A stretch of DNA of 64,000 nt, taken from assembly GCA_035532335.1 (NCBI GenBank), contig DATKRE010000001.1, positions 3,555 through 67,554 on the forward strand, given 5' to 3'. Within the stretch, counting starts at the first letter, position 1. Every line of letters starts with the position of its first letter. Positions 8,608 to 18,421 of this stretch are shown here, one piece after another. A model generated the notes under the pieces. That model searched no databases. It was given only the letters and a program-made list of their open reading frames with translations, and had not been told where the DNA came from. The translations under genes and the position numbers were made by a program. The DNA comes from Xanthobacteraceae bacterium (GTDB taxonomy: Bacteria; Pseudomonadota; Alphaproteobacteria; Rhizobiales; Xanthobacteraceae).

Positions 8608-10689
8608 TCAGCTGCGCCCGAGCGCTTCCATGGCGACCGCTATCACCCGGTCCGGCTCGAAACCAAACTTGCGCTGCAATTCCTTAAGCGGCGCCGACGC
8701 GCCGAACGTCTTCATGCCGATGATGCGGCCGGCGGCGCCCACGTAGCGGTCCCAGCCGAGAACCGAGCCCTGCTCGACGGCGACGCGCGCCGTCACCGCG
8801 GGCAGCAGCACCTGGTCCCGATAGGATTGCGGCTGATCTTCAAAAATGTCCCATGACGGCATCGAGACGACACGTGAGTGTATCCCGCGGGACGTCAAGA
8901 CCTTATGGGCTTCAATCACCAGCGATACTTCGCTGCCCGTGGCGATGAGAATAATCTCCGGTGCACCGCCGGGTGCGTCGGCCATGATGTAAGCGCCGCG
9001 CGCTACGCCGGCCGCCGACGCATATTGGCTCCGATCGAAGGTCGGCAGCGGCTGACGCGACAACACGATCACTGCCGGCTTGTGGCGTAGCTGCATGATG
9101 TAGCGATACGCCTCGACGACTTCGTTGGCATCCGCCGGCCGCAGCACGACCAGACCCGGCACGGCGCGCAGCGAGACGAGCTGCTCGACTGGCTGGTGTG
9201 TCGGTCCGTCTTCGCCGTCGCCCATGGCATCGTGCGTGAGAACGAAGATGGCCGGAAGCTCCATCATCGCAGAGAGCCGAATGGCCGGCCGCGCGTAATC
9301 GCTGAAGATCGTGAATGTCGCACCGAACGCCCGCAGCTTCGACAGCGACAGGCCGTTGACGATGGCGGCCATCGCATGCTCGCGGATGCCGAAATGCAGG
9401 TTGCGGCCGCCGGACGATCCAGGCTCGAATTCCCCGGCGCCAGCAAATTTGAGCGTCGTCCTGGTCGATGGTCCGAGGTCGGCCGCGCCACCGATCAGCC
9501 AGGGAATGTTCTGCGCCAGCGCATTGAGCACTTGGCCCGAGGCGTCGCGGCCGGCGATGCCTTTTTGATCCGCCGGAAAATCCGGCAGATTGCGATCCCA
9601 TGCCGCGGGCAGCTCGCGCCGCTGCATCTGCTCGATTTCAACGGCGAGGTCGGGGAATTGCGCGCGGTAGTCGGCGAAAAGTGTTTCCCAGCCGCTTCGT
9701 GCCTTCGCGCCGCGTGCGCCGATTCCTTCGGCAAAATGCTCGATCACGCCGTCGGGCACGAGGAATTTGGCATTCTCCGGCCAACCATAGGCGCGCTTGG
9801 CAAGACGCACCTCGTCCTCGCCCAAAGGCTCGCCATGGGCGGCGGCGGTATCGACCTTGTGCGGCGCGCCGTAGCCGATATGGCTGTCGAGAATGATCAG
9901 AGTCGGCCGATCTTTGGTCTTGCGGAAAACCGCGAGCGCGTCCTCGATCCGCTGCAGATCATTGGCGTCACCGACGCGCAGCACGTTCCATTGATAAGCG
10001 AGAAATCGGGTCGCGACATCCTCGGTGAAGGTGATGCGAGTCTTGCCTTCGATGGTGATGTGATTGTTGTCGTAGACCCAGCAGAGATCGTCGAGGGCGA
10101 GATGACCTGCCAATGACGCGGCTTCCGAGCCGATGCCTTCCATCAGGTCGCCGTCGCCGCAAATCGCATAAATGTTGTGGTCGAAGATCTCGAAGCCGGG
10201 TTTGTTGTAACGGGCGGCAAGCCACTTGCGCGCCATCGCCATGCCGACGCTGTCGGCGATACCTTGCCCGAGCGGACCGGTCGTTGCCTCGACGCCCGAT
10301 ACCCAGTGATATTCGGGATGCCCCGGCGCCTTGCTGCCGAGCTGACGGAAATGCTTGATATCATCGAGCGTGACCGCGGGATGGCCAAGCCGCTCATAGT
10401 CGGCATTCACGGCGCGCGTGCCGGTCAGGTACAACACCGACCACAGCAGCATTGAGGCGTGCCCGTTCGACAGCACAAAGCGATCGCGGTTGGGCCAGAT
10501 CGGGTCTTGCGGATCGAAGCGCATGACTTCGTTCCACAGCACATAAACCAGCGGCGCCAGCGCCATGGGCGTGCCAGGATGTCCCGACTGCGCTTGCTGG
10601 ACTGCATCGATCGACAGCGTGCGGATGGTGTTGATCGCGAGCGTATCGAGCTCGGCGCCGGTCATTGCCTTCGGCTTAGCCTGTTGCAT
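8608..10689 (-). CDS. tkt: transketolase
   Basis: A 693-aa ORF with SGHPGTPMALAP, GDGDLMEGI and the usual transketolase C-terminal domains. Confidence 0.95.
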   Translation of the reverse strand: MQQAKPKAMTGAELDTLAINTIRTLSIDAVQQAQSGHPGTPMALAPLVYVLWNEVMRFDPQDPIWPNRDRFVLSNGHASMLLWSVLYLTGTRAVNADYERLGHPAVTLDDIKHFRQLGSKAPGHPEYHWVSGVEATTGPLGQGIADSVGMAMARKWLAARYNKPGFEIFDHNIYAICGDGDLMEGIGSEAASLAGHLALDDLCWVYDNNHITIEGKTRITFTEDVATRFLAYQWNVLRVGDANDLQRIEDALAVFRKTKDRPTLIILDSHIGYGAPHKVDTAAAHGEPLGEDEVRLAKRAYGWPENAKFLVPDGVIEHFAEGIGARGAKARSGWETLFADYRAQFPDLAVEIEQMQRRELPAAWDRNLPDFPADQKGIAGRDASGQVLNALAQNIPWLIGGAADLGPSTRTTLKFAGAGEFEPGSSGGRNLHFGIREHAMAAIVNGLSLSKLRAFGATFTIFSDYARPAIRLSAMMELPAIFVLTHDAMGDGEDGPTHQPVEQLVSLRAVPGLVVLRPADANEVVEAYRYIMQLRHKPAVIVLSRQPLPTFDRSQYASAAGVARGAYIMADAPGGAPEIILIATGSEVSLVIEAHKVLTSRGIHSRVVSMPSWDIFEDQPQSYRDQVLLPAVTARVAVEQGSVLGWDRYVGAAGRIIGMKTFGASAPLKELQRKFGFEPDRVIAVAMEALGRS

Positions 10690-10707
10690 TCGCGTTTTGC
10701 TCCGTCA

Positions 10708-11736
10708 TCATCCGGCTTGCTTGGCGATCGGCTTTTCAACGTGCCCCCCAAACTGATAACGCATGGCGGAGAGGAGCTTGTCCGCGAAGTCCGCTTCGCC
10801 GCGCGAGCTGAACCGCTCATAGAGTGCCGACGACAGCACATGGGCCGGCACGCCTTCGTCGATGGCGGCCTTGATCGTCCAACGGCCCTCGCCGGAGTCG
10901 GACACGCGTCCGGCGAAATTCTTCAGCGCCGGGTCCTGCAACAAGGCCGTCGCGGAAAGATCTAGCAGCCAGGACGAGATGACGCTGCCGCGGCGCCACA
11001 CTTCGGCGATGTCGGGCAGAGTGAGATCGTAGCGATAATGTTCGGGATCGCGCAGCGGCGTGGTTTCGGCATCGGTCGCGCCGGGCTTTTTGCCGATATT
11101 CGCGGCGTTGAGAACGGCGAAGCCTTCAGCGTACGCAGCCATCATGCCGTATTCGATGCCGTTGTGGACCATTTTGACGAAATGGCCGGCGCCGTTGGGG
11201 CCGCAGTAGAGGTAGCCCTGTTCGGCTGTACTGCCAGCCTTGTCACGTCCAGGCGTGCGCGGAATATCGCCGCGGCCCGGCGCAAGCGACCGGAAAATCG
11301 GATCGAGGTGATTGACGATTTCGGTCTCGCCGCCGATCATCATGCAATAACCGCGCTCCAGCCCCCAAACGCCGCCACTGGTGCCGACATCGACGTAGTG
11401 GATGCCGTTGGCGCCGAGCTCCTTGGCACGCTTTATGTCATCGACGTAGTAGGAATTGCCGCCGTCGATCAGGATATCGCCGCGGTCGAGCAGGGGCAGC
11501 AGATCGGCGACGGTGTTGTCGACGGCGCCGACCGGGACCATCAACCAGAGCGCGCGCGGCTTGGCCAGAGATTTGACGAACTCTGCTAACGACGACGCAC
11601 CGACGGCGTTGTCCTTGACCAGTTTCGCGACCGCGCTTGCCGAGCGGTCGAACACCACGCATTGGTGACCGCCTTTGAGCAGGCGTCGCACCATGTTGGC
11701 TCCCATCCGGCCGAGCCCGATCATTCCTAGCTGCAC
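10708..11736 (-). CDS. gnd: decarboxylating 6-phosphogluconate dehydrogenase, short (~340 aa) type
   Basis: Has the Rossmann N-terminus [25 protein letters not shown] and [19 protein letters not shown] are typical of the short 6PGDH type. Confidence 0.9.
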   Translation of the reverse strand: MQLGMIGLGRMGANMVRRLLKGGHQCVVFDRSASAVAKLVKDNAVGASSLAEFVKSLAKPRALWLMVPVGAVDNTVADLLPLLDRGDILIDGGNSYYVDDIKRAKELGANGIHYVDVGTSGGVWGLERGYCMMIGGETEIVNHLDPIFRSLAPGRGDIPRTPGRDKAGSTAEQGYLYCGPNGAGHFVKMVHNGIEYGMMAAYAEGFAVLNAANIGKKPGATDAETTPLRDPEHYRYDLTLPDIAEVWRRGSVISSWLLDLSATALLQDPALKNFAGRVSDSGEGRWTIKAAIDEGVPAHVLSSALYERFSSRGEADFADKLLSAMRYQFGGHVEKPIAKQAG

Positions 11737-11795
11737 GACTTAACCCTCCATCAAGGAGCAGTCCAAGCGGGGCGCTCGGTACATGCGATGTGGCA

Positions 11796-13484
<1,689 letters not shown>

Positions 13485-13487
13485 GGA

Positions 13488-14573
13488 TCAACTCGCCTTG
13501 CGCATCGCGGCACTTTTTGACTCGACGCAGGTCATCAGATCATTCCAGGATTTGACGAAGGAGGCGGCGCCTTCCTGTTGCAGACGACCGGCCAGCGCAC
13601 CGGCGTCGACGCCGGCTTTCGCTAAAGCGGCGAGAATTTTTTCGCATTCGCCACCACCCGGCCGGAGGATTTCGCCGACCTCGCCGTGATCGGCGAAGGC
13701 CTTCAGCGTGCCGTCGGGCATGGTGTTGACTGTGAAAGGCGCGGCCAGAGCCTTCACATAAAGTATGTCGGAAGCGTTTGGGTCTTTGGTGCCGGTGCTG
13801 GCCCAAAGCAAACGTTGTGCGCGCCCGCCCGAATTTGCAATGCGCCGGAAGCGCTCCGAAGCGAGCAATTCGTCATAGGCGTTATAGGTACGCTGAGCGA
13901 TTGCAATGCCGAGTCGATTGGTCAGTTCGGCCGGTACGTTGGCGTTCACCGCCACATCCCAGCGGCTGACGAACAGCGAAGCGACCGAGGCGACGGCAGG
14001 ATTAAGACCAACCTCGATGCGCCGCTCGACGCCGCGCAGATAGGCTTCCGCGGCGGCGACATATTGCTCGCGGGAGAACAACAGCGTGACGTTGATCGGG
14101 ATGCCGGCGAAAATCGCAGCCTCGATCGCCGGCAACCCTTCGACCGTGCCGGGTATCTTGATGAAGAGGTTCGGTTTGCCGGCCCGTTGGTGGAGATCGC
14201 GCGCCGCCGCGAGCGATGCTTCGGTGTCGTAGGCGAGCGACGGTGAGACCTCCAACGAGACCCAGCCATCAACGCCGTCGGTACGGTCGTAGATTGGCCG
14301 AAACAGATCGGCGGCCCGCGCCAGGTCGGCGACGGCGAGATTGAAAAACAGGTCTTCGCGAGATTTTGCCCGAGCAGCTCCCTGCGAAATGTCGTTGTCG
14401 TAATCGGTGCTGTCCCTGATGGCATGATCGAAGATGGTTGGATTCGAGGTCAATCCAGTCACCGAAGATTCATCGATGTAACGCTGCAACGTGCCGCTGT
14501 TGAGCAAGTCGCGCGTGATGTTGTCGAGCCATATGCTCTGACCAAGGTCGTGGATTTTCTTTGTGGGGTTCAT
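13488..14573 (-). CDS. tal: transaldolase (long form)
   Basis: Contains GQSIWLDNITRDLL...VTGLTSNPTIF...FIKIPGT. The ATG at 14573 overlaps the upstream HAD stop (ATGA). Confidence 0.9.
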   Translation of the reverse strand: MNPTKKIHDLGQSIWLDNITRDLLNSGTLQRYIDESSVTGLTSNPTIFDHAIRDSTDYDNDISQGAARAKSREDLFFNLAVADLARAADLFRPIYDRTDGVDGWVSLEVSPSLAYDTEASLAAARDLHQRAGKPNLFIKIPGTVEGLPAIEAAIFAGIPINVTLLFSREQYVAAAEAYLRGVERRIEVGLNPAVASVASLFVSRWDVAVNANVPAELTNRLGIAIAQRTYNAYDELLASERFRRIANSGGRAQRLLWASTGTKDPNASDILYVKALAAPFTVNTMPDGTLKAFADHGEVGEILRPGGGECEKILAALAKAGVDAGALAGRLQQEGAASFVKSWNDLMTCVESKSAAMRKAS

Positions 14574-15274
14574 CGGACCGGCTCCAGCCTGGACGTAAGT
14601 TTCGGCGGCGTCAGCCATGACTCCACCATGTCATCATCGAGCAACGCGGCGATATGGTCGATCGTCCGATCGGCCGTCGCGACGCTGTCGATGCTCGGAT
14701 CGTGCGCATAACTTCCCTGCCGTGCAAACACTGTCGTTACGCGTTCGCCCCAGAATTGTTTGACCGCCGCCAGGATGCGCCGTTTATCGTCGACGATAAT
14801 GTAACGCTCGGCGGGATAACGCCGCTCGACGTCATCGAGGGCTGCTTCCTTGTGAACGTAGATCAGTACACGTCCCGCTACCGCAGCGGCCAGGCCGGCG
14901 CGTTCAACCTTATGGGGTTGAAAGACGACGTCACCATCCGACAGGATGACGGTGGGGCCAAAATTGGCCAACCGTTTCAAAACGTCGATGGCGGCAGGGA
15001 ACAGACGATCCGAAAAAGGATAATCGATGAGGTAGCCGGACATGGCGAGCAGCTCGACCTCGCGCGGATGCTCGCTCCGATACCGCTGCAACGCTCCGAG
15101 GTAGTCGCGATATCCGAGCTCCGTGAAAAGGTCATCGAGGATTCGCCAGTAGCGTTCGCGAGCGGCACTGCCATACGCACGCTCGAGATGATCTTTCAGG
15201 TCCTGTTGGATTCTGTCGTTATCCAGCAGCGTGTTGTCGACGTCGATCAGGAAAACGACCGGATGGGGCGTCAT
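14570..15274 (-). CDS. HAD family hydrolase (first gene of the pentose-phosphate operon)
   Basis: Contains the DxD motif FLIDVDNTLLDN and a later SDGD motif. 234 aa. Confidence 0.8.
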   Translation of the reverse strand: MTPHPVVFLIDVDNTLLDNDRIQQDLKDHLERAYGSAARERYWRILDDLFTELGYRDYLGALQRYRSEHPREVELLAMSGYLIDYPFSDRLFPAAIDVLKRLANFGPTVILSDGDVVFQPHKVERAGLAAAVAGRVLIYVHKEAALDDVERRYPAERYIIVDDKRRILAAVKQFWGERVTTVFARQGSYAHDPSIDSVATADRTIDHIAALLDDDMVESWLTPPKLTSRLEPVR

Positions 15275-15459
15275 TGAGACCTCTGAACGATCCAGGCGCT
15301 AGGTGACCAGATAACCACCGGCCCCACCAGTGAGACATTTAAAGGCAAGAGAGTTCTTTATCCCCCGAAGGTCCATACCCTCTGAAGTGGCGTCCCCCGG
15401 AGGAAAATGCCTCTTATTGTCGCTGCGGCGTCCGCGCTGTTACGGCGTAGCCCGTGGCT

Positions 15460-15485
15460 AACCTGTCGGGGACTGATCGGGTTCC
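15460..15485 (-). promoter_or_regulatory. EcfG-type (general stress ECF sigma) promoter motif GGAAC-N17-GGTT facing the PPP operon
   Basis: The minus strand reads cttccGGAACccgatcagtccccgacaGGTTagcca. The motif is 186 nt upstream of the HAD start at 15274. Confidence 0.5.
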
Positions 15486-15506
15486 GGAAGCAGGCCGCTT
15501 CAGAGG

Positions 15507-15514
15507 ATCAAATT
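15507..15514. repeat. left copy of the 8-bp target-site duplication ATCAAATT
   Basis: An identical octamer directly abuts both ends of the element (15507-15514 and 18082-18089). Confidence 0.85.
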
Positions 15515-15538
15515 CACAATTATATCGTTGACAACACA
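15515..15538 (+). repeat. left terminal inverted repeat CACAATTATATCGTTGACAACACA
   Basis: It matches the reverse complement of 18058-18081 at 23 of 24 positions (G/T mismatch at 15530). Confidence 0.85.
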
Positions 15539-15556
15539 AGCCACAAGGGCTAGTAT
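15528..15556 (+). promoter_or_regulatory. sigma70-like promoter of the transposase (TTGACA-17 nt-TAGTAT); the -35 lies inside the IRL
   Basis: TTGACA is at 15528-15533 and TAGTAT at 15551-15556, with a 17-nt spacer, 26 nt upstream of the ATG at 15582. Confidence 0.6.
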
Positions 15557-15581
15557 CTGGCCATAATCAAGGGTTTTGGCC

Positions 15582-16523
15582 ATGGATACCTTTTCAGCCC
15601 CGCACTTCCGTACCGACGATGCCGCGCGGACCTATCTCGAACGGCTCCGCTGGCCCGACGGAACGGTCTGCCCGCATTGCGGCGTAATCGGCCATTCATA
15701 CAAAACGCCTACCGTTGGCCGTTACCGCTGCGCTGAGAAGGAATGCCGCAAGGATTTCACCGTGACGGTGAACACTCCTATGGAGCGGTCGCATATCGCC
15801 CTGCACAAGTGGCTACAGGCTTTCCACTTGATGTGTTCCAGCAAGAAGGGGGTGAGCGCGCACCAGCTCCACCGCACTCTCGCCATCACCTACCGTTCGG
15901 CGTGGTTCATGGCACACCGCATTCGCGAGTGCATGCGGACTGGCGGCCTTGCGCCGCTGGGCGGCGCAGGCAAGATCGTAGAGGCCGATGAAACCTATTA
16001 TGGCAAGACGGAAACAGCCCGCGTGCCGGCATATCGGATGGGTCGTCCCTACAAACAAGGCGCAGGGTCACGCGGCCCGCGCGACAAGCGGTCTATTGTC
16101 GCTTTGGTTGAGCGCGGCGGGAACGTCCGTTCGTTCCATGTGCCGATTGCGGATAAGAAAACGGTGACTAGCATCGTGCGCGATAACATCGCCCACGAAA
16201 GCCGCTTGCACACAGATGAAAGTCGCCTCTATTGGGGTTCCGACGAACACTTTGCTTCGCATGAAAGCGTGAAGCACAGCGCGGGTGAGTATGTACGCGA
16301 CGACGTGCATACCAACAGCGCCGAGGGCTACTTCTCAATCTTCAAGCGCGGGATGCGCGGCATCTACCAGCATTGCGGCGAGAAGCATCTGCATCGGTAT
16401 CTCGCTGAGTACGATTTCAGATATAACCACCGATCTGCACTCGGATATAACGACGGGGAACGGGCGGCGCTTGCAATCAAAAGTGCAGACGGCAAGCGTC
16501 TCACGTATCGAAATGCTCACTAA
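15582..16523 (+). CDS. IS1595 family transposase
   Basis: Has the N-terminal zinc-finger pattern (CPHCG...RYRCAEKECRKDFTVT) and a DDE-type core (VEADETYYG, HTDESRLY, NSAEGYFSIFKRGMRG). The ATG at 15582 is preferred over the TTG at 15576 used in the ORF track. Confidence 0.9.
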   Translation: MDTFSAPHFRTDDAARTYLERLRWPDGTVCPHCGVIGHSYKTPTVGRYRCAEKECRKDFTVTVNTPMERSHIALHKWLQAFHLMCSSKKGVSAHQLHRTLAITYRSAWFMAHRIRECMRTGGLAPLGGAGKIVEADETYYGKTETARVPAYRMGRPYKQGAGSRGPRDKRSIVALVERGGNVRSFHVPIADKKTVTSIVRDNIAHESRLHTDESRLYWGSDEHFASHESVKHSAGEYVRDDVHTNSAEGYFSIFKRGMRGIYQHCGEKHLHRYLAEYDFRYNHRSALGYNDGERAALAIKSADGKRLTYRNAH

Positions 16524-16685
16524 ACCTGAGTTTGAATTTCGAGCCGCGCGTTTTCTGCGCTGGCGAAAGAAGCAATCTAAGCGGAAGCCTTAGCCTTGGG
16601 CTTTCGCTTTGGTTGCTTGCGCGGAATGTCTTTCATCGGCTTCGGCGGCGTAGAAAACGCCCCCCGCAAGGCGACATCGAAACGC

Positions 16686-17363
16686 TTATTTGCCACCCGA
16701 TCGCTGTACTTTTCGCTGTTTTTTGTCATCAGGGCCATCGTCGTTAGGGCAGAAAAACTCACGCAAGCTTGGTACGTGACTCAATGCCCGCTGCACCACG
16801 AACGGCGGAATATTGTACAGCTCCGCTTGTTCGGATACGCCGTTCTTTTTTGTACCATTTTTTAAGTATTCGAGACGGCGCTTCATTGGGAACAAAAATT
16901 CCGCCGCCGCAATTTCACCAAGCGTATCGGATGTCGCTGGGTGCCCCAGGTTCAGATCGACGCTGCCCGGCGATTCTCGCAAGATCATGTTCTGCACAAG
17001 CTCAACGATATCGCGAGTTACCAAGGATTCCTGCCATAGATGAATCTGCAACAACTCCTTCGTCTTGTAGAAACGAAGGTACGGCGCCGGCAGACCCTTC
17101 GCGTAATAGATCGCGCACTCTTTGATGGTGTTTTTCTCGCCCTTCGGGACGTAAAAGGATCGGAACTTGGCCTTGGTCCACTCGATCCGCAACCCGCGGT
17201 GATAGATGGGAAACCCATGTCGTCCCATCATGATCAAATGAAGATCTTCCGCCGATCGCGGCAGCCCTTCACCTTCGGCCGCGCCGCAACTTTTATCGTG
17301 ATCGACCGCCACCTCGCGCGTTTTTTGCGCACAAAAGCGGATGAGATCGTTATCGATAAGCAC
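16686..17363 (-). CDS. hypothetical cargo protein with a possible degenerate ImmA/IrrE (M78)-like C-terminal region lacking HExxH
   Basis: A 225-aa ORF with a GTG start at 17363 preceded by GGGAG. The tail EIAAAEFLFPMKRR...GVSEQAELYNIPPFVVQRAL resembles the end of the M78/DUF955 domain, but no HExxH was found. The family assignment is weak. Confidence 0.45.
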   Translation of the reverse strand: MLIDNDLIRFCAQKTREVAVDHDKSCGAAEGEGLPRSAEDLHLIMMGRHGFPIYHRGLRIEWTKAKFRSFYVPKGEKNTIKECAIYYAKGLPAPYLRFYKTKELLQIHLWQESLVTRDIVELVQNMILRESPGSVDLNLGHPATSDTLGEIAAAEFLFPMKRRLEYLKNGTKKNGVSEQAELYNIPPFVVQRALSHVPSLREFFCPNDDGPDDKKQRKVQRSGGK

Positions 17364-17371
17364 GATACATC

Positions 17372-17412
17372 TCCCAAACGCAAAAGCCTCTGAGACGCGC
17401 CGTCTCAGAGGC
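17372..17412 (-). terminator. rho-independent terminator between the two cargo ORFs
   Basis: A perfect 12-bp stem GCCTCTGAGACG / CGTCTCAGAGGC (17386-17397 and 17401-17412) with a 3-nt loop. On the minus strand it is followed by TTTTGCGTTTGGG. Confidence 0.75.
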
Positions 17413-17446
17413 TCCGATTAGGAGACGTGCGGGATTCCGATTTCTT

Positions 17447-17659
17447 TCAACGCCCTTGATTCGAGCGACGTGAATCGCCCAAAGGGGGCAAATCCGAATA
17501 TTCTCTACGCTCGATTGCGTCAAGCGCCTCGTTGATGGACGCGCAAACGCTCTCATCGGTCTCTTCGGCCAAGGGACCAAAGCAAAATTTAATGTCGAGC
17601 GCGCCCGCCGCTTGGAGAGCGCGGTATTTCTCTTTCAAAGTCTCTGCCTGCGTGCTCAT
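17447..17659 (-). CDS. hypothetical small acidic cargo protein (70 aa)
   Basis: The ORF is 17447..17677. The internal ATG at 17659 has a strong GGAGGA Shine-Dalgarno 5 nt upstream, whereas the first ATG has none. No family was recognised. Confidence 0.5.
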   Translation of the reverse strand: MSTQAETLKEKYRALQAAGALDIKFCFGPLAEETDESVCASINEALDAIERREYSDLPPLGDSRRSNQGR

Positions 17660-18057
17660 GGCGTCCTCCGGGAACATCCAGTCCCGCCGTTCAAACGATA
17701 TAATACTGTACTACGGCCAACAGATGACACAACGTCCGAGGCACGGAAAAGTTACCCGGAAGGTAACTTTGGCCGCCCAAGTGACATTTCGGGCGACTTT
17801 TCCCCCAGTTTCGGCGGCCGTGACCGCAGATTCCCCCGTAGATGGAGGGTTTATAGGGCGAGTCAAGTTAAATCTTCGGTAATGCGTCCCGTCGACGTAG
17901 CCGAATCGAGGACCGGGAAGCGGAATTGATGCATTTAAAATGCATAATCCGCCGATCCGGTCTTTTCCCTCTGGACGCGCCAGCGCGGCGATCTGACTTC
18001 ATCTCGGCCTAGACTTCCGCACGGACAGACCACAATACATCCACAATACATAGTGTG

Positions 18058-18081
18058 TGTGTTGTAAACGATATAATTGTG
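18058..18081 (-). repeat. right terminal inverted repeat (complement reads CACAATTATATCGTTTACAACACA)
   Basis: See the IRL feature. It is directly followed by the ATCAAATT target-site duplication. Confidence 0.85.
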
Positions 18082-18089
18082 ATCAAATT
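18082..18089. repeat. right copy of the 8-bp target-site duplication ATCAAATT
   Basis: Identical to 15507-15514. Confidence 0.85.
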
Positions 18090-18173
18090 CCCATCGATAG
18101 AAGCCTGCCAGATGCCGTCGCGTGGGAGCGGGCACGCCAGTTAGAATTTTCTTCACTAAATGAGCTTTTGGCC

Positions 18174-18198
18174 GGAACTTCCGGGTTTGCCTCGCGTT
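18174..18198 (+). promoter_or_regulatory. EcfG-type promoter motif GGAAC-N16-CGTT facing the poly-HAMP kinase
   Basis: The plus strand reads gccGGAACttccgggtttgcctcgCGTTtgggg. The motif is 224 nt upstream of the ATG at 18422. Confidence 0.5.
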
Positions 18199-18421
18199 TG
18201 GGGTTGAAAGCGCGGGTGAGGCCCGAATTTGAGGGGGAGTCTACGTTCGCATAGCAACTCGTGGCGGTGGGGCGCGATCCCGCCGCGCGCGTTGCGCTGC
18301 GATGTGGTGATCCCTCCGCGCCCGGCTCTTTCGCAGCCTCAAAGGCCGGATAGCTGCGCTTCATCGGCCAATAATCGCCTCCCGGACAAGGTCCACCCCA
18401 TAGGGGGTTTCGGAGAGTTTC

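Larger units (their letters stand above)
15515..18081 (+). mobile_element. IS1595-family insertion element (ISNwi1-like, passenger-carrying), 2567 bp
   Basis: It has 24-nt terminal inverted repeats (23/24 match), an 8-bp TSD, an IS1595-type transposase and about 1.5 kb of lower-GC cargo. Confidence 0.85.

Noticed and set aside
16524-16560. Possible right end of a minimal IS just downstream of the transposase stop (AAATTCA similarity to the left flank)
   Set aside because: Only about 7 nt match. A far better 23/24 inverted repeat with a perfect 8-bp duplication is found at 18058-18089.
17935-18156. 73-aa minus-strand ORF across the right IS end
   Set aside because: It spans the inverted repeat and target duplication, so it would be a chimeric reading frame. 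It is cysteine-rich and compositionally odd, with no Shine-Dalgarno.
18170-18195. Possible sigma54 promoter (TGGCCG...TTGCC)
   Set aside because: The GG-to-GC spacing is about 19 nt instead of the required 10-11. The same bases fit the EcfG motif exactly.
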